The translations under genes and the position numbers were made by a program. A stretch of 43,554 bases of DNA, from IMG/VR virus record IMGVR_UViG_3300017646_000004, one strand, 5' to 3'. Origin of the DNA: a virus. Under the pieces are notes generated by a model, which was not told where the DNA came from, did no database searches, and worked only from the letters and a program-made list of their open reading frames with translations. Shown piece after piece: positions 1-7,960 of this stretch. The stretch's first letter is position 1, and the number at the start of each line of letters is the position of its first letter.

Positions 1-180
1 CTCGCGCGTGCCAACCTCGCGGATGCCAACCTCGCGGGTGCCAACCTCGCGGATGCCTACCTCGCGGGCGCCAACCTCGCGCGTGCCAACCTCGCGCGTG
101 CCAACCTCGCGGGTGCCAACCTCGCGGATGCCTACCTCGCGGATGCCAACCTCGCGGATGCCAACCTCGCGGATGCCAAA
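1..180 (+). repeat. 15-bp tandem repeat array (12 units), 3' part of the pentapeptide minisatellite
   Basis: Units ctcgcgNNNgcc(a/t)ac repeat head to tail from base 1. Variation is limited to the third codon (cgt/gat/ggt/ggc) and aac/tac. Confidence 0.95.
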
Positions 181-519
181 AATCTCACCGACGAGCAGCT
201 CCGCCCCATCATCTCCGACTACTGGATGATCCTCTCTCTGGCCCGGCCCGAGGTGCCTGCGCTTATTCGCGCACTTCGCGATGGCCGCGTGGACGGTTCG
301 ACCTACGAGGGCGAGTGCGCTTGCCTAGTCGGCACGCTGGAGAATGCGGGCGGCGATGGCATACCCCATCGGGCCAGCAGCCCGGCCGAACGCTGGTTCG
401 CCGCGATCCGCAAGGGCGATAAGCCCGGCGATGACAGCGCGGGAGGTTTCGCGGCAGGCAAGGCTCTTGAATGGGCCTTGCGCTATTGTGCCCTCACCGG
501 GATTGGGGTGCCGGCATGA
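1..519 (+). CDS. Pentapeptide-repeat protein, 3' part (5' part at 43102..43554)
   Basis: Frame 1 is open from base 1 to TGA 517-519. It encodes 12 x L-A-[RDG]-A-[NY], then [40 protein letters not shown]... The track ORF 8..229 (MPTSR...) is the wrong frame of the same repeat. Confidence 0.8.
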   Translation, partial: LARANLADANLAGANLADAYLAGANLARANLARANLAGANLADAYLADANLADANLADAKNLTDEQLRPIISDYWMILSLARPEVPALIRALRDGRVDGSTYEGECACLVGTLENAGGDGIPHRASSPAERWFAAIRKGDKPGDDSAGGFAAGKALEWALRYCALTGIGVPA

Positions 520-809
520 ACGCCCCCGCCACCTTCCCCGATCCCCGCCTGCGCAGGGTGGAATCCGCCCTCGCCCGTGGTGCGAAGATCGATCATGCGA
601 TCAAGGCCCTTGAAGCCCTGAAAGCATCGGAGATCAGGTCCGCACAGGCCGGTGACAGCTGGTGCCTAGTCGAAGAATGGACTGCCGCCGATGTCCTGCA
701 GACGCTGTTCGAGGAAGATGACCTCGGAATCGTGAAGCGCAACTGCGCGGACATTCTTCGGGCCGAGCATTCCTACGATGTCGTTGAGGCGCGGAGGATC
801 AGGCCGTGA
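516..809 (+). CDS. Hypothetical early protein
   Basis: ATG 516 overlaps the upstream stop (ATGA). It lies within track ORF 471..809, and high third-position GC is consistent with coding. Confidence 0.5.
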   Translation: MNAPATFPDPRLRRVESALARGAKIDHAIKALEALKASEIRSAQAGDSWCLVEEWTAADVLQTLFEEDDLGIVKRNCADILRAEHSYDVVEARRIRP

Positions 810-895
810 GCGTCGCGCAGGAAACCGCCATCGCCTTGGGGCTTCTCCTGCTCCTTTTGGCTGACATTTTCGTCATTGCGGGGATGACGCCGTGA
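806..895 (+). CDS. Possible 29-aa hydrophobic micro-protein
   Basis: GTG 806 overlaps the upstream stop and its own stop overlaps the next GTG (GTGA at both ends). Peptide [29 protein letters not shown]. It falls below the track length cutoff. Confidence 0.3.
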   Translation: MSVAQETAIALGLLLLLLADIFVIAGMTP

Positions 896-1110
896 GCGGT
901 GTCTTCGCCTCGAAGCTCGCGGCCCTTCCCTCGCAGGAGGAGCGCCTTGTCGATGCGGCCCTGCTCGCGGTGTTCAACCTTCGCGACAAGCTCGTCCATC
1001 TCGACCGCAACCACGAAGCCTGCCGTGTCGATGAGGCCATGGAAATACTGGAACAGGTGGCGCGGGGGGTCGTGCGTCCGTGCCACCAGCAAGAGAAAGG
1101 TCTTATCTGA
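892..1110 (+). CDS. Hypothetical early protein
   Basis: Track ORF with a GTG start coupled to the upstream stop. No recognisable motif. Confidence 0.5.
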   Translation: MSGVFASKLAALPSQEERLVDAALLAVFNLRDKLVHLDRNHEACRVDEAMEILEQVARGVVRPCHQQEKGLI

Positions 1111-1295
1111 TGACCGTCCAGCGACTTGGCGTCCCGCTTTCCGAGATCATGGAAAGCGAGGAGATCTACCAGATCAGGCGTTACCTCCAGGGCCGGTATT
1201 CGGTCACTCTGCAGGATGGTCGGCGCGGCATCGGTGGAACCGTTGGTGAGGCCCTGCGCATTGCCAAGGCCAGTGCGGGAGTGCTGGCGGCATGA
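1110..1295 (+). CDS. Hypothetical early protein (61 aa)
   Basis: ATG 1110 shares one base with the upstream TGA (TGATG). This is the internal Met of track ORF 1080..1295. Confidence 0.5.
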   Translation: MTVQRLGVPLSEIMESEEIYQIRRYLQGRYSVTLQDGRRGIGGTVGEALRIAKASAGVLAA

Positions 1296-1786
1296 ACGCG
1301 CCTCTCGAATTGGCGAGCATCAAGCGTATTGCGGAAGCCCTCGCCCCGCTCTGCGAAGATGACGAACAGCTGTTTCACGACATGATCGTGGGCGAGACGA
1401 GCATAGATTGGCTCGTTTCCCGCCTTCACGAACAGGTGGCTCGCGATTGCGAGATGCTCGTGGGTATCAAGGAGCGTGCGGCTGCGCTGTCTGAACGCAA
1501 GTCGCGGATCGAGGCCCGCGTCGAGGCATTCAAGCGCCAGATCGGCATGTGCCTGCGTGCTGCCTCTCTTACCAAGCTGGAACTTCCCGAAGTCACCTAT
1601 TCGGTGCGCGACGGAAAGCCCCAGCTTGTGATCGTCAACCCGGATGCGGTGCCCTCTGAATATCAGAGGATCCGAGCGGAGCCTGACAAGGCGGCAATCA
1701 ACGAAGCTTTTGCGGACACTGAGGTCCTGCCGAACTGGCTGGGCGTCGAACCTGCCCGCGACATTGTCTCAGCCCGAACGAAATAG
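1292..1786 (+). CDS. Siphovirus Gp157-like protein (recombination/replication accessory)
   Basis: 164 aa with a central coiled coil (SERKSRIEARVEAFKRQI), then LELPEVTYSVRDGKPQLVIVNPDAVPSEYQRIRAEPDKAAI. This pattern is typical of the Sipho_Gp157 family, recognised by eye. Confidence 0.6.
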   Translation: MNAPLELASIKRIAEALAPLCEDDEQLFHDMIVGETSIDWLVSRLHEQVARDCEMLVGIKERAAALSERKSRIEARVEAFKRQIGMCLRAASLTKLELPEVTYSVRDGKPQLVIVNPDAVPSEYQRIRAEPDKAAINEAFADTEVLPNWLGVEPARDIVSARTK

Positions 1787-1794
1787 GAGGGATT

Positions 1795-2421
1795 ATGGCT
1801 ATCATGGTCAGCGACAGCGGCGGCGGGGGCGACTTCTCCCCGATGCCTCAAGGCAATCACGTCGCAATCTGCAATATGGTCGTGGATCTTGGTCTGCAGC
1901 GGACTGTCTCGCAGATGTATGGCGAGAAGATCAAGCGGCAGGTCTATGTCCGCTGGGAGACTCCCGACGAACGCATTTCCTGGACGGACAAGGAAGGCAA
2001 CGAGCGCGAGGGTCCGCGCGTCATAGGGCAGATCTACACAGCTTCCCTGCATGAAAACGCAAAACTCCGCGGCGATCTCGAAAGCTGGCGCGGCAGGCCG
2101 TTCACACAGGAAGAACTCGCCGGCTTCGACATTTCCAAGCTGCTCGGCGTTCCATGCATGGTGAATGTCACCCATGCAGAGAGGAACGGCAAGACCTACG
2201 CCAATGTCGCGGCAGTCACCCCGTTGCCCAAGGCACTTCGGGAGAATCCGCCCAAGGCCGAAAGCAGCCTGCTGATCTACGACGAGGACAACCCCGGCTC
2301 CTACGACCTGCTTCCTGAATGGCTGCAAAAGAAGATCGATGATCAGGTGCGGCAAAGCTCACCCCCGAGTGGGAATGGCGGCCAACACGACGACGATCTC
2401 AACGACGATATCCCCTTTTGA
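1795..2421 (+). CDS. DUF669-like phage single-stranded-DNA-binding protein with an SSB-type acidic C-terminal tip
   Basis: RBS GGAGGG lies upstream. The 208-aa protein ends ...HDDDLNDDIPF. DDIPF matches the conserved tip of bacterial SSB (E. coli SSB ends DDDIPF). The position after Gp157 is typical. Confidence 0.65.
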   Translation: MAIMVSDSGGGGDFSPMPQGNHVAICNMVVDLGLQRTVSQMYGEKIKRQVYVRWETPDERISWTDKEGNEREGPRVIGQIYTASLHENAKLRGDLESWRGRPFTQEELAGFDISKLLGVPCMVNVTHAERNGKTYANVAAVTPLPKALRENPPKAESSLLIYDEDNPGSYDLLPEWLQKKIDDQVRQSSPPSGNGGQHDDDLNDDIPF

Positions 2422-2466
2422 TCAGCAGGAGACCCCGGGCACCTAACAAGGCCCGGGGAAACACCA

Positions 2467-2613
2467 GTGTTCACCTACCTCAAGCGCAAGCTGATCCAGC
2501 GCCGCCTCAAGGCCACCATGCGCCCGGATGCTGCCTATGCCAGGCACAGGGCAGCCCAGCTCTCTGGTGATCGCCGGGATAGGTTCCTGCGCAATATCGA
2601 GGGGCTGGTGTGA
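2467..2613 (+). CDS. Possible 48-aa basic micro-protein
   Basis: GTG 2467 to TGA 2611-2613 with no in-frame stop. The stop is coupled to the next ATG (TGATG). It falls below the track cutoff. Confidence 0.25.
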   Translation: MFTYLKRKLIQRRLKATMRPDAAYARHRAAQLSGDRRDRFLRNIEGLV

Positions 2614-2738
2614 TGGACCTCGCTCGCATCTGCGCGATCTCTTTTGAAGATGTCGTCGGGACGCTGCTGATCGGCATGGCACTCGGGGCGACGATGCTTT
2701 TGCTCGTCCAGATGGCAACCCGGGAGCGTGGAGAATGA
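2613..2738 (+). CDS. Possible 41-aa membrane micro-protein
   Basis: ATG 2613; peptide MDLARICAISFEDVVGTLLIGMALGATMLLLVQMATRERGE has one hydrophobic span. The stop overlaps the next ATG (ATGA). Confidence 0.3.
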   Translation: MDLARICAISFEDVVGTLLIGMALGATMLLLVQMATRERGE

Positions 2739-3088
2739 TCCGCGTCGATACCCGCCCTCGCAAGCGCAACTCTCCTCGTCCTGCTTGGAAGGTAGCAAAG
2801 GCATATCATCAGTTTTTGCGCGGCCGCCCCTGCGCCTGTGCCGGCCGCAATCCGAAATGCTCCGGCAGGATGCACGCTGCCCACGTCCCTCACAAAGCCT
2901 CGAAGGGCATGGGATCGAAGGCGGCTGACAGATGGGCGATCCCGCTGTCCGAGCAATGCCACCTGCACACCCAGCACCAGATTGGCTGGCAGTCCTATGC
3001 CAAGCTGTTCCTGGGCGGTGCGGATCCTGTCGCGATGGCGGACGCCTACTGGCGAGCCTGGCAGGGCGACAAAGGGGAGCTGGCCTGA
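2735..3088 (+). CDS. Cys/His-rich protein, DUF968/YbcO-like putative nuclease
   Basis: Track ORF. Motifs RGRPCACAGRNPKCSGRMHAAH and KGMGSKAADRWAIPLSEQCHLHTQH resemble lambdoid nin-region zinc-binding nucleases. Confidence 0.5.
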   Translation: MIRVDTRPRKRNSPRPAWKVAKAYHQFLRGRPCACAGRNPKCSGRMHAAHVPHKASKGMGSKAADRWAIPLSEQCHLHTQHQIGWQSYAKLFLGGADPVAMADAYWRAWQGDKGELA

Positions 3089-3468
3089 TGTCGCAAACCA
3101 TCATCCTGTCCAGCCACTCTCGCCGCTCCGAAGCGCGCCGGTTGATCGACATTGCCCCGCCCTATTCGGTGGTGAGCATCAAGGGCCCGACGCGCACCAA
3201 CGACCAGAACGCCAAGCTATGGGCGATGCTCAGCGACATCAGCCGAGCCAAGCCCGAGGGCCGGGCCTACCCGCCCGAGACGTGGAAGGTCCTCTTCATG
3301 CACTCACTGGGCTTCCAGCAGCGCTTTGAGCAGGCGTTGGACGGCCAAGGGGTGATCCCGGTCGGCTACCGCTCCAGCAGGCTCACGGTCCAGCAGATGA
3401 GCGATCTCATTGAGGTCATCCAAGAATATGCGGCGCGGCACGATATCGCGCTCAAGGAGGCAGCATGA
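3088..3468 (+). CDS. ninB: NinB/Orf-family recombination mediator
   Basis: ATG 3088 is coupled to the upstream stop. TNDQNAKLWAMLSDISRAKPEG matches the lambda NinB core (LDQNRKLWACLGDVS). Confidence 0.75.
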   Translation: MSQTIILSSHSRRSEARRLIDIAPPYSVVSIKGPTRTNDQNAKLWAMLSDISRAKPEGRAYPPETWKVLFMHSLGFQQRFEQALDGQGVIPVGYRSSRLTVQQMSDLIEVIQEYAARHDIALKEAA

Positions 3469-3773
3469 AAGAGACACCTTGGACAACTGGACCTTGGCAA
3501 CTGTGTGATCGCGGTGATTATGGCGATTTCGACGGGAATAGCCGCGTCATCTGTGCGCCCGACAATGACGAATACCTCGGGATGCGCCTTGCAGTCGTTC
3601 AAGTCAGCGAGGGCGATTTCTTCGAAGAGTCAGAAGTCAATGCCCGCCTTATGAACGCCGCGCCTGAGATGGCTGCGCTCATCAAGGCGTTCACCGAGGA
3701 CTGCAGCAACGACGCATGTGAATGGTGCGAAGATGCTCGCGCCCTCCTCGCCAAGATCGGCGGTGCCCAATGA
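3465..3773 (+). CDS. Hypothetical protein (NARLMNAAPEM motif, Ead/Ea22-like C-terminus)
   Basis: Track ORF with an ATGA overlap to ninB. GPW...NARLMNAAPEMAALI is a motif common in small phage early proteins. Confidence 0.55.
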   Translation: MKETPWTTGPWQLCDRGDYGDFDGNSRVICAPDNDEYLGMRLAVVQVSEGDFFEESEVNARLMNAAPEMAALIKAFTEDCSNDACEWCEDARALLAKIGGAQ

Positions 3774-3973
3774 CACCCTCCATCCACACAACCTACCTGG
3801 CCATGACCCGAACAGGCCGTGTGGTCGCCATGTTCGATCATCCGCAGCGGGCACGGTCTTTCATCGACGACAGGCACGCGAAGGGCGTCCACCTGAACCT
3901 GGTGGAGGAACGCACGATCCGGAAGGTCTTGAGGTCTGCCGTTGTGTCCAAGCTTGAGAGGAAATCGGCATGA
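3770..3973 (+). CDS. Hypothetical protein
   Basis: Internal Met of track ORF 3722..3973. ATGA overlap with the upstream stop. Confidence 0.5.
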   Translation: MTPSIHTTYLAMTRTGRVVAMFDHPQRARSFIDDRHAKGVHLNLVEERTIRKVLRSAVVSKLERKSA

Positions 3974-4257
3974 CGGATGCTGAAATAGACGCGCTGGTGG
4001 AGAAATTGGAACGCTGGAGCTCGTTTGGATATGGCGTGGATGCCTCCACTGCCATGCGCGAAGCTGTCGCCCTCATCCACTCCCTGCGCGATCATCTGTG
4101 TTTAGCGGATGAACTGCTCATGGAGGCGAAGGGCGCATTCCCGTTGCTCGGCAATCCGCTGCGGCCTGCCTATCTGAAAATCCGCGCCATCACCGGCGAC
4201 GATTACTACGAGCGCAAATGCCGCGCCCGCTCCCTCATCGAACAGCGGGAGGGTTGA
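3970..4257 (+). CDS. Hypothetical protein
   Basis: Track ORF with an ATGA overlap upstream. Confidence 0.55.
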   Translation: MTDAEIDALVEKLERWSSFGYGVDASTAMREAVALIHSLRDHLCLADELLMEAKGAFPLLGNPLRPAYLKIRAITGDDYYERKCRARSLIEQREG

Positions 4258-4258
4258 G

Positions 4259-4513
4259 ATGGCTAAGCATAAAATTGAGGTCCTGATCTGCGACCGCTGC
4301 GGCCATCGTGAAGAAATCCGCCGCGCCGAGCAACATTGGAAGTGGGGCCTGGCGGCCTATCGGGAGGTCAATGGAGGCAAGTGGGCGGCGTGGTCTCCGG
4401 GAGGTGACGATAATAGCTGCGCCGATATCTGCCCCAGCTGTCTCCATGAACTTCACGTGTGGTGGGAAGCCCCGAAAAACCAAGCGGAGGCCGCAGATGA
4501 CCCCCACCCCTGA
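4259..4513 (+). CDS. Small zinc-ribbon-like protein
   Basis: CDRCGH ... CPSCLH pairs of cysteines. RBS GGGAGGG lies upstream. Confidence 0.55.
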   Translation: MAKHKIEVLICDRCGHREEIRRAEQHWKWGLAAYREVNGGKWAAWSPGGDDNSCADICPSCLHELHVWWEAPKNQAEAADDPHP

Positions 4514-4558
4514 AATGCTGGCGATGGCCGCACTCCATGGTGCCAAGGAAGCGTTGAA

Positions 4559-4741
4559 ATGACGGCTGACCTCCCTCCCTTCGTCCGCCTGTCCCGTGTG
4601 TGCCAAGCCGCGCAGTCATGGGCCAATGCCGTCCAGTCCGACAGGGACCGGGATATCTCGATAGCACGGCGCAATGACATGCTCCTCAAGCATCTGGACG
4701 AGCTGGAGGAGGCTATCAGGGAAGTGAGGGGGGTGTTGTGA
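4559..4741 (+). CDS. Hypothetical protein (60 aa)
   Basis: Track ORF. Its stop overlaps the GTG of the excisionase-like gene. Confidence 0.45.
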   Translation: MTADLPPFVRLSRVCQAAQSWANAVQSDRDRDISIARRNDMLLKHLDELEEAIREVRGVL

Positions 4742-5025
4742 GCGAGCGCGCGCGCGTCTCCTACGTGATGCACAAGACCGGGCTATCCCGGCGCACGGTG
4801 CAATCGATGGCCGCCAGAGGCCTGATACCGGGCGCGGCGAAGCTGGGTTCGACATGGACGTTCGATAAGTTAAAACTCGCCCGCTGGATAAGGAATCGGG
4901 AAAGCGCGTGCCGGACAACCTCTACGAGCGAAACGGCGTTTTCTATGCCCGCATTCAAGTGGCAGGCAGGGACGTTAGAAGGTCCCTTAAAACAGGCTCT
5001 AAGGCGGAGGCAAAGCGCCGCCTGA
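4738..5025 (+). CDS. xis: Excisionase/AlpA-type HTH DNA-binding protein
   Basis: MHKTGLSRRTVQSMAARGLIPGAAKLGSTWTFDKLKLARWI fits the excisionase-family HTH, and the gene sits immediately upstream of int. The C-terminal tail overlaps the int start, so the true 3' end is uncertain. Confidence 0.6.
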   Translation: MSERARVSYVMHKTGLSRRTVQSMAARGLIPGAAKLGSTWTFDKLKLARWIRNRESACRTTSTSETAFSMPAFKWQAGTLEGPLKQALRRRQSAA

Positions 5026-5966
5026 AAGCCATGCTCGCCCAGCTCTCGCCTTATCACGGGACAGCCCGCCGCAGCGTTACCGACGTGCTCGACGCGGCCT
5101 TGCTCGATGCGAAGGGTCATTTGAAGGAAAAGACGCTGGATCGTTACACGCAATCGGCGCTGATCCTGAACCGTCACTTCACCGGATTCTTCGATGCGAT
5201 AGACCGGCGCGCGGTGCTCGACTTCATAGAGGCGCGCAAGGCGGACGGGGTTTCGATCCGCACGATCAAGAACGACCTTTCGGTGCTTTCTGTCGCGGCG
5301 GAATATGCGATTGAGCATGATCTTGCTGGCACAAATCCCGTCACACAAATCGGCAAGCGATCGCTGCGCTACAAGCCATCGGTTTTCGTCCTTCCGCCGG
5401 ACGCCGATATAGAGCTAGTGCTATCGAGCGTGGCCGGACCGCTGGAGCAGCTTTGCCGCCTCCTGAGGCATACCGGGATGCGCCGGGATGAGGCGGTGAA
5501 TCTGCGCTGGCAGGACGTGGATATGAAGCGCGGAGCCGCCACCCTGCCCATAACAAAAGCAGGCACATCAAGAACGGTCTCGTTGAGCGCGAAGGCCCTG
5601 GAAATCCTCAAGGGCCGCCCGCGCCAGATAGCAACCGATCTGATCTTCACCCGCAACGACGGACAGCCCTATACTGGCGTGTCGCAGGGCTGGCGGGAGG
5701 CAGTCTACAGGGCGCTCAAGAAGCGGCCAAAACTGCAACGATTCCGGCTTCACGATTTGCGGCACATCTACGCAATCGAATATCTGCGCGATGGCGGGAA
5801 CTTGTATGTCCTGCAAAAGCAGCTAGGGCACGGCAGCATCCGGCAGACGGAGTGGTATCTGCAATTTCTGACCCCGGATGAGCAGGAAAAAGTCAAATCG
5901 CAGTCGGCACAAAACCCGGCACAACTGCACCGGTTTACAGTTGCAGGCGGTGCAAAAAATGGCTAA
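4908..5966 (+). CDS. int: Tyrosine recombinase (phage integrase)
   Basis: GTG start. Contains RHTGMRRDEA (Arg I), HDLRHIYA (H-x-x-R) and LGHGSIRQTEWY (His/Tyr nucleophile region). Confidence 0.9.
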   Translation: MPDNLYERNGVFYARIQVAGRDVRRSLKTGSKAEAKRRLKAMLAQLSPYHGTARRSVTDVLDAALLDAKGHLKEKTLDRYTQSALILNRHFTGFFDAIDRRAVLDFIEARKADGVSIRTIKNDLSVLSVAAEYAIEHDLAGTNPVTQIGKRSLRYKPSVFVLPPDADIELVLSSVAGPLEQLCRLLRHTGMRRDEAVNLRWQDVDMKRGAATLPITKAGTSRTVSLSAKALEILKGRPRQIATDLIFTRNDGQPYTGVSQGWREAVYRALKKRPKLQRFRLHDLRHIYAIEYLRDGGNLYVLQKQLGHGSIRQTEWYLQFLTPDEQEKVKSQSAQNPAQLHRFTVAGGAKNG

Positions 5967-5988
5967 TTTCTGCGGTATAGAGCTAAGC

Positions 5989-6027
5989 GGACAGGTGGCC
6001 GAGCGGTTGAAGGCACCGGTCTTGAAA
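5989..6027 (+). other. 5' half of tRNA-Ser(UGA), probable attP core
   Basis: GGACAGGTGGCCGAGCGGTTGAAGGCACCGGTCTTGAAA comprises the acceptor 5' strand, D arm, anticodon-stem 5' strand and loop CTTGAAA. The match stops there: there is no anticodon-stem 3' strand, variable arm or T arm. It lies 23 nt after the int stop. Confidence 0.6.
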
Positions 6028-6219
6028 TTCCCTGCATGGGAAGCGCCGAAACGCCGAAACTCTAGGAAATCTGCCGGTTTTCGGCCACGCAGGACGCGAA
6101 TTTCGCGCATAGCTTACCGGTTCGCGTTGGCACGTAAGTCGGCACACTCGTTTGATGGGCTAGCGTGGGGTTGCCTCCCCGACGCCAGCCCTGACCGCAG
6201 AACCTGTGTTGGAGGTCCT

Positions 6220-6789
6220 ATGGCTGAAAAGGCAACTACTCGAATCCTTCCCTTACTGAAAGGGCGTGAAGGCAAACTGCGCATGATGCGCTTCTGGTCG
6301 AAGGTGGACATTCGCTCTCCCGAGGCGTGCTGGGAATGGCAAGCGAGCTTGAATTCCAATGGCTACGGTCGCTTCAAGATCGCAAGCTACAATATGGTGA
6401 CTGCAAGTCGCGTTGCGCTGATTTCGCATACCGGGCAAGAGCCTGTCGGTTCTCTCGCGCTCCACACCTGCGACAATCGCCGGTGCTGTAATCCTCACCA
6501 TCTGTATTGGGGGACGCATCAGGACAACATGGACGACAAGGTTGCCCGAGGCAGATGCTATGGGGGCGACCAGTCTGGTGTGAAGAACGGGGCCGCGAAG
6601 CTCAACGAAGAGCAATTCGCGTTGGTTGTCCAGCGCCTCAAAGACGGTTGGCCAAACACTCGGATCGCCGCCGATCTCCCGATAAGCCATTCAATGGTGA
6701 GCCTGATCCGGCTCGGGAAATTGTGGCGAAAGGATAGCGAGCGCCTCGGTTGGACGCCCAAGGCGCAGTTCCAGCGAAACGCAGCATAG
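6220..6789 (+). CDS. HNH homing-type endonuclease with C-terminal HTH
   Basis: RBS GGAGG. Contains NSNGYGRF...HTCDNRRCCNPHHLYWGTHQDNMDD (HNH_3-type) and C-terminal RIAADLPISHSMVSLIR. The upstream part of track ORF 5878..6789 reads through the tRNA fragment and is spurious. Confidence 0.8.
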   Translation: MAEKATTRILPLLKGREGKLRMMRFWSKVDIRSPEACWEWQASLNSNGYGRFKIASYNMVTASRVALISHTGQEPVGSLALHTCDNRRCCNPHHLYWGTHQDNMDDKVARGRCYGGDQSGVKNGAAKLNEEQFALVVQRLKDGWPNTRIAADLPISHSMVSLIRLGKLWRKDSERLGWTPKAQFQRNAA

Positions 6790-6797
6790 GAGCCCCC

Positions 6798-7061
6798 ATG
6801 TCTGACCTGAAACAAGCGGTGGCGCGGGCAATCAAAGAGGCGCGCGCATTGCCCGGCACAAAGCCGGTTGCGAAGCTGAGCGACGTGGATCATCGTGCAG
6901 CCCAAGCCGCCCTCACCACCATATTCGACCGCCTGATGGAGCCGAGTGAGGGGATGATCGTGGCTGCAATCACACGGCCTCCCGCTGGTGATATGTATTT
7001 CAGTATCTGGCAAGCCATGCTCACCAAGGCGAAGGAGGAGGCGGGGATTGAAAGCCCCTAG
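6798..7061 (+). CDS. Hypothetical protein
   Basis: Internal Met of track ORF 6750..7061, 9 nt after the HNH stop. Confidence 0.5.
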   Translation: MSDLKQAVARAIKEARALPGTKPVAKLSDVDHRAAQAALTTIFDRLMEPSEGMIVAAITRPPAGDMYFSIWQAMLTKAKEEAGIESP

Positions 7062-7101
7062 ATTCCTCTGCCGCAGCCACGTCTATCAGTGGACGTCGCA
7101 A

Positions 7102-7503
7102 ATGCTCCGCACCGCGCGGGCCGTCTATGGAGACAGCCGTGAATATCACCTGATCGTCAAGCGCGTGCTGATCGAGAAACGCCGGGCGCTGAAAGCACTT
7201 CAACCGGCCCATCCGCCTAGCCCTCTCCGCATGGGTAACGCTTGCGGTGCTGGCGGGGATCTTCGTATGGTGGACGATATGAAAACAGAGATTGAATGGC
7301 ACCCGATCAAGACGGCGCCGAACCACACAGAGGTTCTCGTTGCCAACAAGCGCGAGACCTGTGCGGCTATGAAGATTGACGGCGATTGGCTTCTTTCGTG
7401 TGGGGGCGAACTTGTAACCGGAAGCCATACTCATCCAGATTCTTTGGCCGAGGACATAGGGTTCCGCCCGACGCATTGGGCGCACTTACCGAAGCTGGCA
7501 TGA
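7102..7503 (+). CDS. DUF551-like protein
   Basis: The C-terminal half, EWHPIKTAPNHTEVLV...RPTHWAHLPKL, fits DUF551. The start is uncertain (alternative ATG 7267). Confidence 0.55.
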   Translation: MLRTARAVYGDSREYHLIVKRVLIEKRRALKALQPAHPPSPLRMGNACGAGGDLRMVDDMKTEIEWHPIKTAPNHTEVLVANKRETCAAMKIDGDWLLSCGGELVTGSHTHPDSLAEDIGFRPTHWAHLPKLA

Positions 7504-7543
7504 AACCCGCCCTCGCCCTGTTCTGGTGGTAATGGAGTTGAAG

Positions 7544-7693
7544 ATGAGTGAATGGAGACCTGTCATGAATCCGGCGGGCGCTGGCTACTTTCCCGGCTTT
7601 GACCGGGAACGAGCCTATGAGTTCCGGAGGCAGGGCGAGGAAGAGACATTCTCCTTCCGCATGTGCGATCAATCACCCTGCTTCAATGCGTGA
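7544..7693 (+). CDS. Possible 49-aa protein
   Basis: RBS GGAG 6 nt upstream of ATG 7544. Open to TGA 7691-7693. It falls below the track cutoff. Confidence 0.3.
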   Translation: MSEWRPVMNPAGAGYFPGFDRERAYEFRRQGEEETFSFRMCDQSPCFNA

Positions 7694-7725
7694 TTATATA
7701 CCTGACAAAGCGCAAGGATAGGGAT

Positions 7726-7935
7726 ATGGAAAACGAGCGTGACATGCCGGTTGAAATCGAGATTACTGAGGAGATGATTGAGGCGGGTGAGAGCGTTGTC
7801 GAGCGCTACGGACCTTATCAAGATTCACGAGTTTTAGCTTTGATGGTTTATACTGCCATGGAATCGGCTCGATGTTTAGTCCGTCGAAAAGCAATGCGTT
7901 CTCGACATTTTGCCCAAACCTTGTTGCGGCTGTAA
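7726..7935 (+). CDS. Hypothetical acidic protein (lower-GC segment)
   Basis: Internal Met of track ORF 7663..7935. AT-richer codons than its neighbours. Confidence 0.4.
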   Translation: MENERDMPVEIEITEEMIEAGESVVERYGPYQDSRVLALMVYTAMESARCLVRRKAMRSRHFAQTLLRL

Positions 7936-7960
7936 CCGGACGAGATCGGCATTCAAGCAC

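Noticed and set aside
8-229. Track ORF translating as [10 protein letters not shown]... across the 15-bp repeats, and the antisense ORF 43014..43331 (ARLASARLA...).
   Set aside because: Both are alternative frames or strands of the minisatellite. Frame 1 on the plus strand gives a canonical A-N-L-A-x pentapeptide protein with its own RBS and ATG (43102) and a structured C-terminal domain.
2433-2458. 8-bp GC hairpin CCCCGGGC-N10-GCCCGGGG just after the SSB-like gene.
   Set aside because: There is no U tract and the next coupled ORFs start immediately after it. It could be an RNA-stability element, but there is no evidence for termination.
5989-6110. A complete tRNA gene next to int.
   Set aside because: Only the acceptor 5' strand, D arm and anticodon stem-loop 5' side are present. 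No complementary anticodon-stem strand, variable arm, T arm (GGTTCGAAT-like) or acceptor 3' strand follows on either strand.
5878-6219. N-terminal 114 codons of track ORF 5878..6789.
   Set aside because: This part reads through the int 3' end and the tRNA-Ser fragment. A GGAGG RBS and an ATG at 6220 precede the HNH domain.
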